Positions 27,987 through 39,470 of a stretch of DNA of 64,000 bases are shown in pieces (positions within the stretch are counted from its first letter, which is position 1; the number at the start of each line of letters is the position of its first letter). A model generated the notes under the pieces. The model saw nothing but the letters and a program-made list of their open reading frames with translations, searched no databases and was not told the origin of the DNA. Position numbers and translations under genes: made by a program. The stretch lies in contig OZ024741.1 of the NCBI GenBank assembly GCA_964016885.1, positions 234,360,001 to 234,424,000 on the forward strand. Reading direction: 5' to 3'. The DNA comes from Eledone cirrhosa (Eukaryota).

Positions 27987-30704
27987 ATGTACCCTGTTCA
28001 GTCTAGCTACCCTATTGGAAGTCAGCAAGGCATTAACAACCAATCGTTGTACCAAAACCACCATCTGAAAGGCCACCCAAATGCTTCGTCTGGGGGCAAA
28101 GCATTTCGACCTTTGGATGGCTCTGGAGGCACAACAGCGACAGCCACTAGTGTTACAACATCTAGTGGAGGCGGGAAGAGCTTTAGAAATGATACAATTG
28201 CCCGCAAAGATTTGTCTACTCAAAGAACTGCCTTGCCTAACCTCAATCAGGGTAGTTCCTCTACAAACAATAACACCACCGGCAATACGCCCCTTATTCA
28301 AAAAACATATCCCTGTACCATTTGTAAGAAGATATTTTCCAGCCCATTTTTCCTCAAAAATCATGAGCAAACTCACCAGATACACTCAATGGGGACGTCA
28401 AAACCATTTGGCTGTTCTGGATGTCACAAGCAGTTCCCTCTATTCGTGGACTTAAAGAATCACAATTGTATGCCTGTCCAGTCCCAGACAACACAGGAAA
28501 TGACAGGACAAAGAAATCTGATGGGCAACAATATGCATTCAAAACCATATCATTGCGACATATGCAACAGAGGCTTTTCCCACCATGCTAATTTAAAGTT
28601 GCACCTTCGCACTCATTCCGGTGACAAACCATTTTCTTGTGAGGTATGCGGCAAAAGTTTCTCTCAGAAGAACTGTCTGAATGATCACAAACGGCTTCAC
28701 AGTGGAGATTTGTTCTACTGCAGTTACTGCAAGAAGCCATTCGCCAATGAATTCTTTCTACGCAACCATCTAAGAACTCATACTGGCGAGAAGCCTTTTG
28801 AATGCAACTTTTGCGACAAGAAGTTTTCACAGCGCGGTAACTTGAAAACTCATATGCGCATACACACAGGGGAGAAACCGTTTCAGTGTGACCTCTGCGA
28901 TAAATCTTTTGCTCAGAAGAATTGCCTGACAGACCACAAACGCCTTCACACAGGCGACATGTTTTTCTGTATTGTCTGCAAGAAGGCATTCACTAACCAA
29001 TTTTTCTTGAAAATCCACGAACAGAGCCACACTGCTGTAAGTAATAGTGAAGGAGGCGAGTCTATGTTTTATTGCACCTTTTGCAAAAAGGGATTCTCAA
29101 ATCAGTTTTTCCTACGTAACCATGAACGGACACACACAGGAGAAAAACCTTTCCACTGTCAGTTTTGTGGTAAATCATTTGCTCAAAGTGGAAACTACCG
29201 ATCACACATGAGAATACATACTGGCGAAAAGCCATTTGTCTGTGATGTCTGTGGAAAAGCATTTACTCAAAGAAACAGCCTTAGCGATCACAAACGCTTT
29301 CACACTGGCGAATTGTATTATTGTAGTGTGTGCAAGAAGGCCTTTTGCAATCAATTTTTCTTGAAGATTCATGAACAGACTCATTCAGGGGAGGTATATT
29401 ATTGTTCCTATTGCAAGAAAGGTTTCCCTAATCAATTCTTCTTAAAAAATCACTTGAGGACTCACACAGGTGAGAAGCCATTTGTGTGTCAATTTTGCAA
29501 TAAAGCTTTTGCCCAGCGAGGAAACTTAAAACTTCATGTGAGAATACACACTGGGGAGAAACCACATGTCTGTGACATTTGTGGTAAAGGTTTTGCACAG
29601 AAAAACTGTCTGATTGATCACAAGAGGATTCATAGTGGAGATTTGTTCTTCTGTATTGTATGTAACAAAGCGTTTACAAACCAATTTTTCTTAAAAATCC
29701 ATGAACAAGCTCACACTGGTGAAATGTTCTATTGTAGCTACTGCAAAAAGGGATTTTCTAACCAATTCTTCTTAAAAAATCATGAAAGGACCCATACAGG
29801 AGAAAAGCCATTCCAATGTAATTTCTGTAAAAAGAGCTTTTCTCAGCGTGGTAATCTAAAGTTACATCTACGGAGACACACTGGTGAGAGGCCATTTAAC
29901 TGTGACGACTGTGGCAAATCTTTCAGTCAACGCAACAATCTTATTGACCACAAAAGAGTACACAACGGAGAGCTATTTTATTGTAACTTCTGCAAGAAGC
30001 CATTCTGCAACAAATTTTTCCTACAGAATCATGAGCGAACTCACACTGGAGAGAAGCCATTTGAATGTGAGTATTGCAAGGAGAAGTTTTCACACCAGGG
30101 TAATTTAAAAACTCATCTTCGCAAACATACTGGAGAGAAACCATTCTCGTGTGATCACTGTGGCAAGTCATTTACTCAGCGACCTAATCTGACCAACCAC
30201 AAGTGTCCTGCTGCTATAGCTGCTGCTGCTGCAGGGGACAGGATGTTTCTCAAGGGAACCAATACTCTGTCATCGACAATCAATACCCTCGGTAAGAAGT
30301 TCAATACTGGCACAGTTAGCAGTGACGGAGAACTAAAATCCCTAAACTACAGCTCCTCGAACAAAGAAGCCAACTCCCAGATGAAAACGAACATAAAAAA
30401 CAGTGAGATGGTACGTGATCAATCAAACCAACAGAGCAAAGATTCCTCAGTGACTACACCAATTAGGCCTCAGGCATCTACTGCTTCTTCTTCACATTCC
30501 AACTCAACCTACATTCATGGAATGCCTCAGTCATGGGAGAACAACTATTTGTGGTCACGAGGTTTTGCAGTACCACCTTTAATTGGCTCCGCCTGGCCCA
30601 GCGTCACTTGTAGCTCCAAACAAAACAAGCAGAACGCCTGGGGTAACCTTCAAGGGATGCACTCTTCAAGGAATACATCAGAAGATATCAGTAGTTCCAA
30701 GTGA
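27987..30704 (+). CDS. C2H2 zinc-finger protein ZF-A, 905 aa, 22 fingers (20 C2H2 + 2 C2HC), single coding exon
   Basis: Uninterrupted ORF; CxxC-x12-HxxxH repeats with TGEKP linkers; downstream AATAAA at 30781 and beyond. Confidence 0.95.
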   Translation: MYPVQSSYPIGSQQGINNQSLYQNHHLKGHPNASSGGKAFRPLDGSGGTTATATSVTTSSGGGKSFRNDTIARKDLSTQRTALPNLNQGSSSTNNNTTGNTPLIQKTYPCTICKKIFSSPFFLKNHEQTHQIHSMGTSKPFGCSGCHKQFPLFVDLKNHNCMPVQSQTTQEMTGQRNLMGNNMHSKPYHCDICNRGFSHHANLKLHLRTHSGDKPFSCEVCGKSFSQKNCLNDHKRLHSGDLFYCSYCKKPFANEFFLRNHLRTHTGEKPFECNFCDKKFSQRGNLKTHMRIHTGEKPFQCDLCDKSFAQKNCLTDHKRLHTGDMFFCIVCKKAFTNQFFLKIHEQSHTAVSNSEGGESMFYCTFCKKGFSNQFFLRNHERTHTGEKPFHCQFCGKSFAQSGNYRSHMRIHTGEKPFVCDVCGKAFTQRNSLSDHKRFHTGELYYCSVCKKAFCNQFFLKIHEQTHSGEVYYCSYCKKGFPNQFFLKNHLRTHTGEKPFVCQFCNKAFAQRGNLKLHVRIHTGEKPHVCDICGKGFAQKNCLIDHKRIHSGDLFFCIVCNKAFTNQFFLKIHEQAHTGEMFYCSYCKKGFSNQFFLKNHERTHTGEKPFQCNFCKKSFSQRGNLKLHLRRHTGERPFNCDDCGKSFSQRNNLIDHKRVHNGELFYCNFCKKPFCNKFFLQNHERTHTGEKPFECEYCKEKFSHQGNLKTHLRKHTGEKPFSCDHCGKSFTQRPNLTNHKCPAAIAAAAAGDRMFLKGTNTLSSTINTLGKKFNTGTVSSDGELKSLNYSSSNKEANSQMKTNIKNSEMVRDQSNQQSKDSSVTTPIRPQASTASSSHSNSTYIHGMPQSWENNYLWSRGFAVPPLIGSAWPSVTCSSKQNKQNAWGNLQGMHSSRNTSEDISSSK

Positions 30705-31659
30705 AGAGAATTGCTGGGATAAATGATGATGATGATAATATTAATAATAATATAATAATAATAGTTGATCTTTCTCTTTTAATAAACATTAATATTATTT
30801 CCTCTCTTTTCATTGCATTATTAAAAAATATGACTTGTTCTCACCTGACAATGAACTGTAGAGATATTTTGGGGTGAAAAAGCCAAATCAAAGACCTTGT
30901 TAGGGGGTGTCAGTGCCCCCAACCACCCACATCTGGGAGGTTTTTTTAATTTTATTTTGTTTTTTAATGAAATTTCAGTTACACCTCAAATGTTAATGCT
31001 ATATAAGGGAGGAAAATGCATTCATTAAAAAGAATAACATCAAATTAATTTTCAGGTGTGTACAGGTACTAGAACTTAACTCACCTCACCACTTAACAAC
31101 TTGTATACAAACAAAAACCATTATATAACAGCAGCAACAGAAAATAAAGGTTGTAACTCATTTCCACATGCATAAAAACAGACTACTTTTCACATATATC
31201 CATACATAATTTTTACAAACAACACACACAGTATTTACAGCGACACACACAAACAATATCCACACAGACACAATTACATGTTGAAAGCCAAAAAAATAAA
31301 TAATAAATTTTTAAAAAATGAATTAAAAAGCAAAAAACAAATGTAATATTTTGTATTTAATGAAAAAAAAAACTAAAAATGCATTGCTGTGTAAAAAAAC
31401 GGGTGGTAATAATAGTAATGAATAAATCAGTGAACTGAAAGTGAAAAATGTGTAAATATATCTATATATATATAAGCTAGACACAGTTATGACTCTTTAA
31501 ATGGAGGCTTGCTGTGAAACATTACTATCATAAACATTCCCTCCCTCACCACATATACACTCACCAATTTTTAACTGTTTGCTTAGACCAAGTATTAAAT
31601 CAACCATGGTCACAACATATATATAATATGTGTGTGTAAGTATATATATTATATATGCA

Positions 31660-31830
31660 AAAAATAAACAGAAAGAACAAAAACGACAGTACAATGAAGA
31701 AATATATTAGTTTAATGCTTGATATAGTAGGAAAAGAGTCTCAACGTTTTGGGCACTAGTCTTTCATCAGAAGATAGAATGAGAAATAAAATATGAAATA
31801 GAAAGAGAGTGAAAAGAAGGAATGAAAAAA
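31660..31830 (-). mobile_element. Hammerhead-bearing short element, degenerate copy
   Basis: Minus strand TCTTCTGATGAAAGACTAGTGCCCAAAACGTTGAGAC plus family flanks. Confidence 0.65.
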
Positions 31831-32569
31831 AACACTTGTGTATTCTGTCAGCCATTTTGTATATATATATATATATTGTAAATGGATTGTCATGTTTTGA
31901 GGCTAGACTAATTAGGTGGCCATGCCTTGTCACACATTCCACTTTGCAGTGTTTACTGGGAGCATAATTTCTATGGTTGGGTGCCCTTCCTAACACCAAT
32001 CACTTCACAGCATGCATTGGGAACATTTTATCATAATTCTGGTACTACCACTGTACAGAAATGACTAGGTGCTTTTGTCATGGTACTATCACTGCCACCT
32101 TAAACTGGACTGGGTGCTTTTTATCATGGCACCAATGAGGAGGGGGTTATATCACCATGGAAGAGCAGACGGGTCATGGAGCTGACCTTAAAGAGTGTTG
32201 CATTGAGCAACCTATTGTGAGACATGCTTGGCTTTCCCTGTTAGCACGGGTGGTTGGAAAAAGTGAATTAGGTATGTGGGTTGGGCTAGGGGGCACATCT
32301 TCAATCCTGACGTAGGTTGTATATTTAATATATAAAATTTCTATATATATATATAAATCTTTACAGATCCTCCAGAAGTGGGTCTTGGGCCCTGAATGTA
32401 GAGGATCTGTGAAATTTAGTAAGAAATGAAGTGAGTATGCTTCGATGTATGTGTAATATCTGTGTGCATGAAAGACAAAACATCAATGAACTCAGAGAAA
32501 AGCTGAGCATAAGAGGGATTAGATGCAGTATACAAGAAAGAAGACTGCTGGTATAGACATGGGATGCAT

Positions 32570-34360
32570 AGGAAGAATGACATCACATGTCTATACCAGC
32601 ATAGTCGTCTCCTGCACAGTAGACCTGATTCTTTTTATACCCAGCTTTTCTCACAGCTCATCTATGCCTTGTCATTCATGCATATTAACATTGCACATCC
32701 AACAAAGCAAGCTCACTTCATTTCTCTTCAGCCTTTATATGTTCTCTGCATCAGCTGCTCATATATCACTACCCTGCAACATAGCACGCAGGCATCATAC
32801 AGCTGGCCTTTTATTTGTAGAGAGAAACCTTTTATGAACAAAGGTAACTTACTGAACATTTTCCATCGTGTTCTTTCTCTAGCTACACTGCTAATTAGAT
32901 CATCTAGCTAGCTAGATACTTCCTGTTTTCTATATTTCAAGCAAGGCTACTTCATAATGTGATCTTTCCTAATTACTAAAACTTTGGTTTTTGCTAAGTT
33001 TACTCTCAGCCCTTTTGATTTTAAGTTTTGTTTCCACAGCTAGAACATATTTTCTAGTTTTTCCACAGATTCAGCTATATGAACCAGATCATCAGCATAT
33101 AGAAGTTCCTATTGACAGCAGTCCTAAGCTCATCTGTTATGGCATGAACTACAATGAACAGAAGTGGGCTGAGGACCAAACCCTGATGCACTCCTACCTG
33201 TACCATGCATTCCTCACTAAACTCCTTTCTTACTCTCACTTTACTGACAGTTCCTCTGTACATGGCTTGCACTAGTCTCACAAGCCATTCTTCTACAACT
33301 AATTTATGTTAATGACCACCAGATGTTAGATCAAGATACTCTGTCAAATTCATTCTCTAAATCAACAAAGGGTAAATATAACAGCTTATTCTTGGCTTGG
33401 AACTTCTGTAGCTGTTTCACTAGGAGAAGCGCATCTGTAGTACTTTCCCCAGGCACGAAACCCAACTGCGTCTTGTCTAATTTGACTCCCTAATTAGATA
33501 TGCTTGAACTCTTTCCATCACTTTCATAACTTGGTCCATTAGTTTTATTCCTTTGAAGTTGCTCCTTTCTAGAGCATCACATTTTCCTTTACAGCAGTTT
33601 ACAATTGTACTGCACCAGTCATTAAGTATGACTCCTTCTTGTACTACCTGATTGACTATGTGAGTTACTAGTTGAGCTCCTACTTCTGATGCTTTTAACA
33701 TCTCTGTGTCTGTCTCCAATGGTCCTGCGACTTTACTATTCTTCATCTTGATGATTTCAATTGCTAATCCCTCTGCTGGGTCGACTGAAGGTAGTCTCTC
33801 TTCCTCCCATTCATTCTCCACATTCATCAGCCTGTCATAGTAAATTTTCCAGGCCTCTTTTTTCTGGAGTATTAGTGGTGCTAAGTACAGCAGTCATTTC
33901 TAACACACTTTTCCTCAACAACATCTCAATTCACACTGACATACTGCCTTGCAATATAGAACACCTCATGTCACAAGACATTAGCAAACCTTTCAGCCTC
34001 TTTCTGTGCTATGTATAGGTGTTGTCTAGCTTCCCTCATAGCTAATTGATACTGGTCTCTGCTACCCCCATTTTTCTATCTACTGTGCTGTTCCACCACT
34101 AGGTCACCTGTCTGGTTGGCACTTTGCTCCAGCCACAAGTCTCATCAGAAGTTCACAATAGGTTGTCACATAAGAATATCCAAATGTCGTCTATATCATG
34201 TGTATCTAACTTGTCTTCCCTCTCACCATGCATCCCTTAGAGCCTTTCTAAACATATATTCAACAGAAGGGTCCTTTAGTTTCCATTCTCTCGATCTCCA
34301 TATTTTTCTGCTTATCTTGTTCCGTTTTGTGTTTATTCTGATATCACTAATAACTAATTT
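32570..34360 (-). pseudogene. RTE-clade LINE reverse transcriptase remnant
   Basis: NFKGIKLMDQVMKVMERV, VGVHQGLVLSPLLFI and LLYADDL (frameshifted); many disruptions. Confidence 0.85.
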
Positions 34361-34379
34361 GTGTGGAGCGGTGAAATCT

Positions 34380-35025
34380 TGATCTTGTGTCATCTCTTTG
34401 TGAGGTTTAATTGGGCAAGGTCGGCTATTATCACTTCATCCCAAACTGTCCTGTCTTCCTCTTCCATAGTTTCCATCAACTTTTTATATGGCAGTCATCC
34501 TCAATTCACATCACATGTCCATACCACTGCTATCTCCTCTCCTGCACACTGCATCTGACCACTTTTATGCTTAGTTTCTCTCTCAGTTCATTGATGCTTT
34601 GTCATTCATGTACACTATTATTACACATCCCGCTGAGGTTAACTTTGCCTTTCATCCTTATGGGGGTCGATAAAATAAAGTACCAGTAATACACTGGGTA
34701 ATTGCTGACCTTGTGCCAAAAGTAGAAACAATTATTACACATCCATTGGAGCATGCAAGTTTAATTTCTTTCCAATCTTCATAGGTCCTCTGCACATCGT
34801 GCCCAGGTTTCACCTCCATGTGGCATTGCTGTTTGTACACAAGCTTCAAACAATCTGTCTTCCATTTCGAGAGAAAACATGTTTGTAGCTAGCAGTGATA
34901 GTAGCTCACTAAACTTTTTCTATTCCATTCTCTCATGGTTACTATACTCTCAGAACACTCACTTCCACTGCTAATTAGGTCACCCATGTAACAGAAATTA
35001 TCTACTACATCTATGGAGCCTTCAA
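34380..35025 (-). pseudogene. Second RTE LINE fragment, interrupted by a SINE
   Basis: Reverse-strand YMGDLISSGS.C..SI..M...KFSELLSLL; HGGETW. Confidence 0.75.
34631..34730 (+). mobile_element. 5'-truncated Nin-domain SINE with 14-bp TSD
   Basis: ATTATTACACATCC at 34617-34630 and 34731-34744. Confidence 0.9.
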
Positions 35026-35344
35026 TATTGCAGCTTCCAATATTATTTATCTAAAAAAATTTAATTTTTCTGTTAATGATGGATCTAAGTCAAGTCAAAT
35101 TTCACTGAAAAAGGACTCACTGCATTAACTTTCAGTGATTTTTCAGAAACAACAACCAATTTCTAATGGAAATTAATATGCAAAAAAAATTACAGGTTTC
35201 ACAAGTGTTATTTTAAGTAGTGTTTCCATAAATCAAATAAAGAACCCAAAATTTAATGAGAGGCTGATATACACATTGAGTTATATATATGAAGATGTGG
35301 TATATACATGGGAAAGATATGAAGAAGATAGTAGTAAGTAAATC

Positions 35345-35665
35345 TCAGGAGAGCTGGACTGCAGGTCTTCAGAGAAGTCCCTCTCAAGAAAGTGTTTTAG
35401 CCCATAACTTCTTACACTCGAAGGGGGCCGGGGTGCATCCAGGTCATGATATGTGTGTGCCCTTCTGCTGACATTTAGCTGTTTGGATATTGGAGACTTG
35501 TGTATTTAAACTGTATAAAAATTTTGTTGGCGGGATCTAGCTGGAACTCTTCTCTATTGCTTCTGCTTTCAAACTTATATCTAGAAGCTTTCTTAAGTTT
35601 AGAAAAATAACGTTGGCAGTCATAGTAATAGTGAGGCATCAACAGTGTCACCACCAACTACAACC
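35345..35665 (-). mobile_element. HERO-type retrotransposon 3' UTR fragment
   Basis: Colinear with about 57835-58170, which follows the RLE coding region. Confidence 0.7.
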
Positions 35666-36295
35666 ATGATTTTCTCAGATTTACTTACTTCCCTTAGCAT
35701 GTGTTAAAATACAAATATGATGCCCTCAAACTGGCTAAATAAGAAGTAGATATAACATATATGCACACAGGAAGGATATATAAAGAATCTATGACCAAAT
35801 GTTCTGCAGCCCATAGAGGAGAGAGTGGATTTTGATATTAAAGCAAGTGTGTTGTTGATTGAATGTGTTTTGTTTACTTGTTTTTATTGTACCTCCTTTC
35901 ATGCAGGAGAGAGAAGAGGACATTCAATACTGAAGCATGGGTTTGTTGCTTTAGTGGAAGCTACTATGTTGAACGCTTAGTTTCATCTTTGTCTGTCAGC
36001 ACTTTATTTCATTTCATGTGTACTGACTTTCTCTCAAATTCTTATTTCTTCATTCTCTCAATTTTCCATTGTAGTGAAGACGATGACCACAAATTGACAC
36101 ACATACATAAATGAATATAGGTCCAAGTGTAAACCTATTCCTGAGTCTAACGAACCCACATGCCAAGTTTGAACATGATTGGTTCACTGGTGTTTAGATA
36201 CATAGGAGACAAACAGACAAAGAAACGAACAATTTTATATATAGATTTCCCATTGATTTCAATGTATGAGGATCCAAACAACTTATTCAATTCAT

Positions 36296-36540
36296 TCAGT
36301 TCGTATGTTTATATTGGGCATGGCATTTTAGATCTGCCAAGGATTTGCAAGCAAGTCCACAAATTGTGCAATGGTGAGGTTTACTGGATAATATTGCTGG
36401 TATGTTTGATAATGCTTTTCTCCTCCCTCTTGCTTCTTGTAGCCTATGGATACAACTTGACTCGATATTCCTGATCCCATTATGACACACAGATCTCCAG
36501 TTCTTCCACTGCAAGGCCACTTGCTCAAATGTCTCATAAA
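36296..36540 (-). pseudogene. RTE (BovB-like) C-terminal fragment
   Basis: A..W..WRSVC..G ... CTICGLACKSLADLKCH, a terminal C2H2 typical of this group. Confidence 0.55.
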
Positions 36541-36599
36541 GAATATTGGTTGCAGAAAGATTACTCTTCAGCTTGTCTTCTTACTTATATATATATATA

Positions 36600-37240
36600 T
36601 ATCATCATCATCATTTTTGCATGGGTTGGATGGGTCCTTCTCAGCGTTCCTTCGACATCTATGTGAATTTCAGTGATTTGAGGTCAGCTCTCACAACCTC
36701 TTCCCAGGTCTTTCTTCGTCTACCTCTACTGCAGCTTCCTTCCTCTGAGATTTTCTGGCACTTCACCCAGGGATCATGTCCATTACCAACACAGTTATCT
36801 CTCCTGCACACCACCTCAGATTCCTCTTAAACCCAACTTCTCCCTCAATTCGTCCAAGTCTGCCTTTCTCTCACACTTACATTGCACATCCAACAACATG
36901 GTTGCTTCATTTCTCTCTATATTTCACTAACATGCTCCATCGCCCTTCACACACAGGTGTCATACAGTTGACCTTTTGTATGTAGGGAGAAACCTTTTGT
37001 GGTCAACAGTGGGAGTAGCTCTCTAAACTTGTTCCATCCTATCCTTATTCTAGCTGTTATGTTCTTCCTTTGCTAATTAAGCCACCTAGATAGCAGAAGC
37101 TATGAGTCCTTTCTGTGACTGGAGTAGGTTTACATCACTGGTACTCTACCCTACAGTTACCCCTGTGCATCTTCTACATACAAAGTCTTCCCTTCCTGTT
37201 AATCTATTAATTATCCCACTACATCTCTTTTGTACTTCAG
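36600..37240 (-). mobile_element. RTE LINE 3' fragment with (GAT)n tail
   Basis: GRRRKTWEEV-like region; FRELLPLL motif; ATC repeats at 36601. Confidence 0.75.
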
Positions 37241-38664
37241 TGTGAACTCCCTAGCATGAGGAACAAATACTCCCCTGGATATAACAGTCTATTTCAGTAA
37301 TATTCTTAGACAAAGCAACGTAACTCCAGATCACAGCGATATACAGACCTTGGTATCAACTCCTCTTCCAATAGTGATAGGTGGAAGAAAGTCATAGATG
37401 TGTGGCTATGAAGTTCACTTCACATCAATGGAATTTGAGGTTCAATCCCATTGTGTGGCATTTTGAGCAAATGTCTTCTACCATAACGTTGGGTCAACCA
37501 AAGTTTTGTGGATGAAATGTGGTAGGTTGGTCCAGTTCTCAGATGGTAGACGTAATTCCTTACCCAGATGAGCACCCTCACCTAGTATTTGGATGCCTTT
37601 TCTGTGGTCTATTCTCAGTTACAAACATTCAAACCAAGTCTCTTGTTTTAGGATAACTTTCTTCCACTAGTCACAGAGTTCCTAGAACAGGATGAATGCT
37701 GCCTCTTCCTCTTCTTACTAAGCAATAAGATTTATCCTTTGACTGGACATGAGGAAGCTGCAGTTAACATTCCGTGTGGGAGAGACTGAATTCATCCTTT
37801 CATGCAATAAATCTTTGTTACTGTAGTAGCTACCTATAGCTTGATAAACTGGACTGTTTTGAGTAAAATTTTTCAGTCAGACACAGTACAGTGATCTACT
37901 TCACACTGTGGTACATATTTACAGCTAGATGGACTGGGTTGTTGAGAGTTGAGTGTCTTATTTGCAGCTAGGTAGACTAGGCTGCTGAGAGTTAAGTGTC
38001 TTAGTCATAGACACACTACAGTGAACTATACCACACTGGTACCTACTTACAGCTAGGTAGACTGGGCTGTTAACATGGGGATTAAAAGCTTCTGGCATGA
38101 TGGAGCTCTCTCCATAAACTATACAATTAATCTCTCTCTCATGTACATTAACGATGCTCCTTTTAAAAATAGATTTTCCAATGCATCTTCATTTTTTTAA
38201 GATAGTGATTTGACTGCGGTTTCTAGCAGATTGAGAACCACCTAGAAACAACTTTTACTTGTTGAGAATGGTGACAAAAGAAGTTGCAATTAAAAAGAAG
38301 AATAATTCAAGAGAGGTAACTCTGGTGTGTCCAGCAGAAAAGTTACCTTCCTTCGTTGTCGGCTCTTCCAGTTGTTCCCATTTAAGGGTCAATGGTATTG
38401 GTGGCCCCTACTGTTCCTATCTTCTGCCAGTCTGGTGCTGTGTCATTCAATCTCCAATGTGTATGCGTGTGTGTCTCATCTAACGCACATTGTGTATATA
38501 AATCTATGAATTATGTGTGTGTTGGGGAATGTTTAAGTTCTGTTCTTAAGCTACAATATATAGTTAAGATTGTTCATCTTCCCCTTAATGCCACCTCACT
38601 CTGTCTAGTTGTACATCAGTACCACCTCAGTCAACCTAGCTATATATAAGTATCATCCTGGTCT

Positions 38665-38990
38665 CCTTCTTCTTCTCTCATTTATTCCTGGGAGGGTCGT
38701 GCGGGTAGAGTCCTCAAATATGACTTCCAGCAGATCCTGTCAGGAATAACTGTCTCCAACTGATCCGGCTGGATTTCCAAGCGAGACCAGCCAATATCAT
38801 GGATATATCCAAACTTCTCGCTTGGGATGGGGTCTACCTCTGGGTCTCTTGCCGGCTGGTTTTGCCTGTAAAATCTATCCAGAAATTCTTTCCTCAGACA
38901 TTCTAACCACATGCTTATAGTATCAAAGCTGTGATCTCTCAAATTGGAGAAGTGGCGTCTACCTTGAGCAACTCTCTAATCTCCAAGTTA
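38665..38990 (-). pseudogene. RTE (Rex3/Expander-like) 3' fragment
   Basis: GWSRLEIQP..LE.V..DR..WK..L..LPARP. Confidence 0.55.
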
Positions 38991-39311
38991 CCTATTTCGG
39001 CCGCTTGTATTACAGATACAATCCATCTGATGGGCTTCCTAAACAGTTTCCATCTTCCCAATTTCACTCACAAAGCATTGGTTGACCAGAAGCTATGGTA
39101 AATGACACTTGCCCAAGCTACCATGCTGTGGGATCGAAACCAAGACTTAATGATTGCACAGCCAACCTCTTAACCATTTATCTATGCTGTGTCAACTGTG
39201 AATGAATAAAACTTCAATGATAACTATATTAATATTGAATATCTACAGGCCTGTAAATTCAAGATAGACTAACATGCAGGTGGTAGCTGTTGGAACATGA
39301 CAAATATGGCT

Positions 39312-39470
39312 GAAATTGGACATTGACAAGATGGGGGAAGAGCAGTTGGACATTGACAAGATGGGGAGAGAGAGGGTGGACATTGATAGGATGGGGAGAG
39401 AGGTGGACATTGGCAGGATGAGGACAGACAGTGGACATTGACAGGATGGGGACAGACAGTGGTGGACATT
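39312..39470. repeat. About 26-bp minisatellite, about 6 copies
   Basis: GTGGACATTGACAGGATGGGGAGAGA units. Confidence 0.85.

Noticed and set aside
27966-30171. Antisense and alternate-frame ORFs within ZF-A (likewise within ZF-B and the transposase)
   Set aside because: Shadow ORFs of real coding sequence
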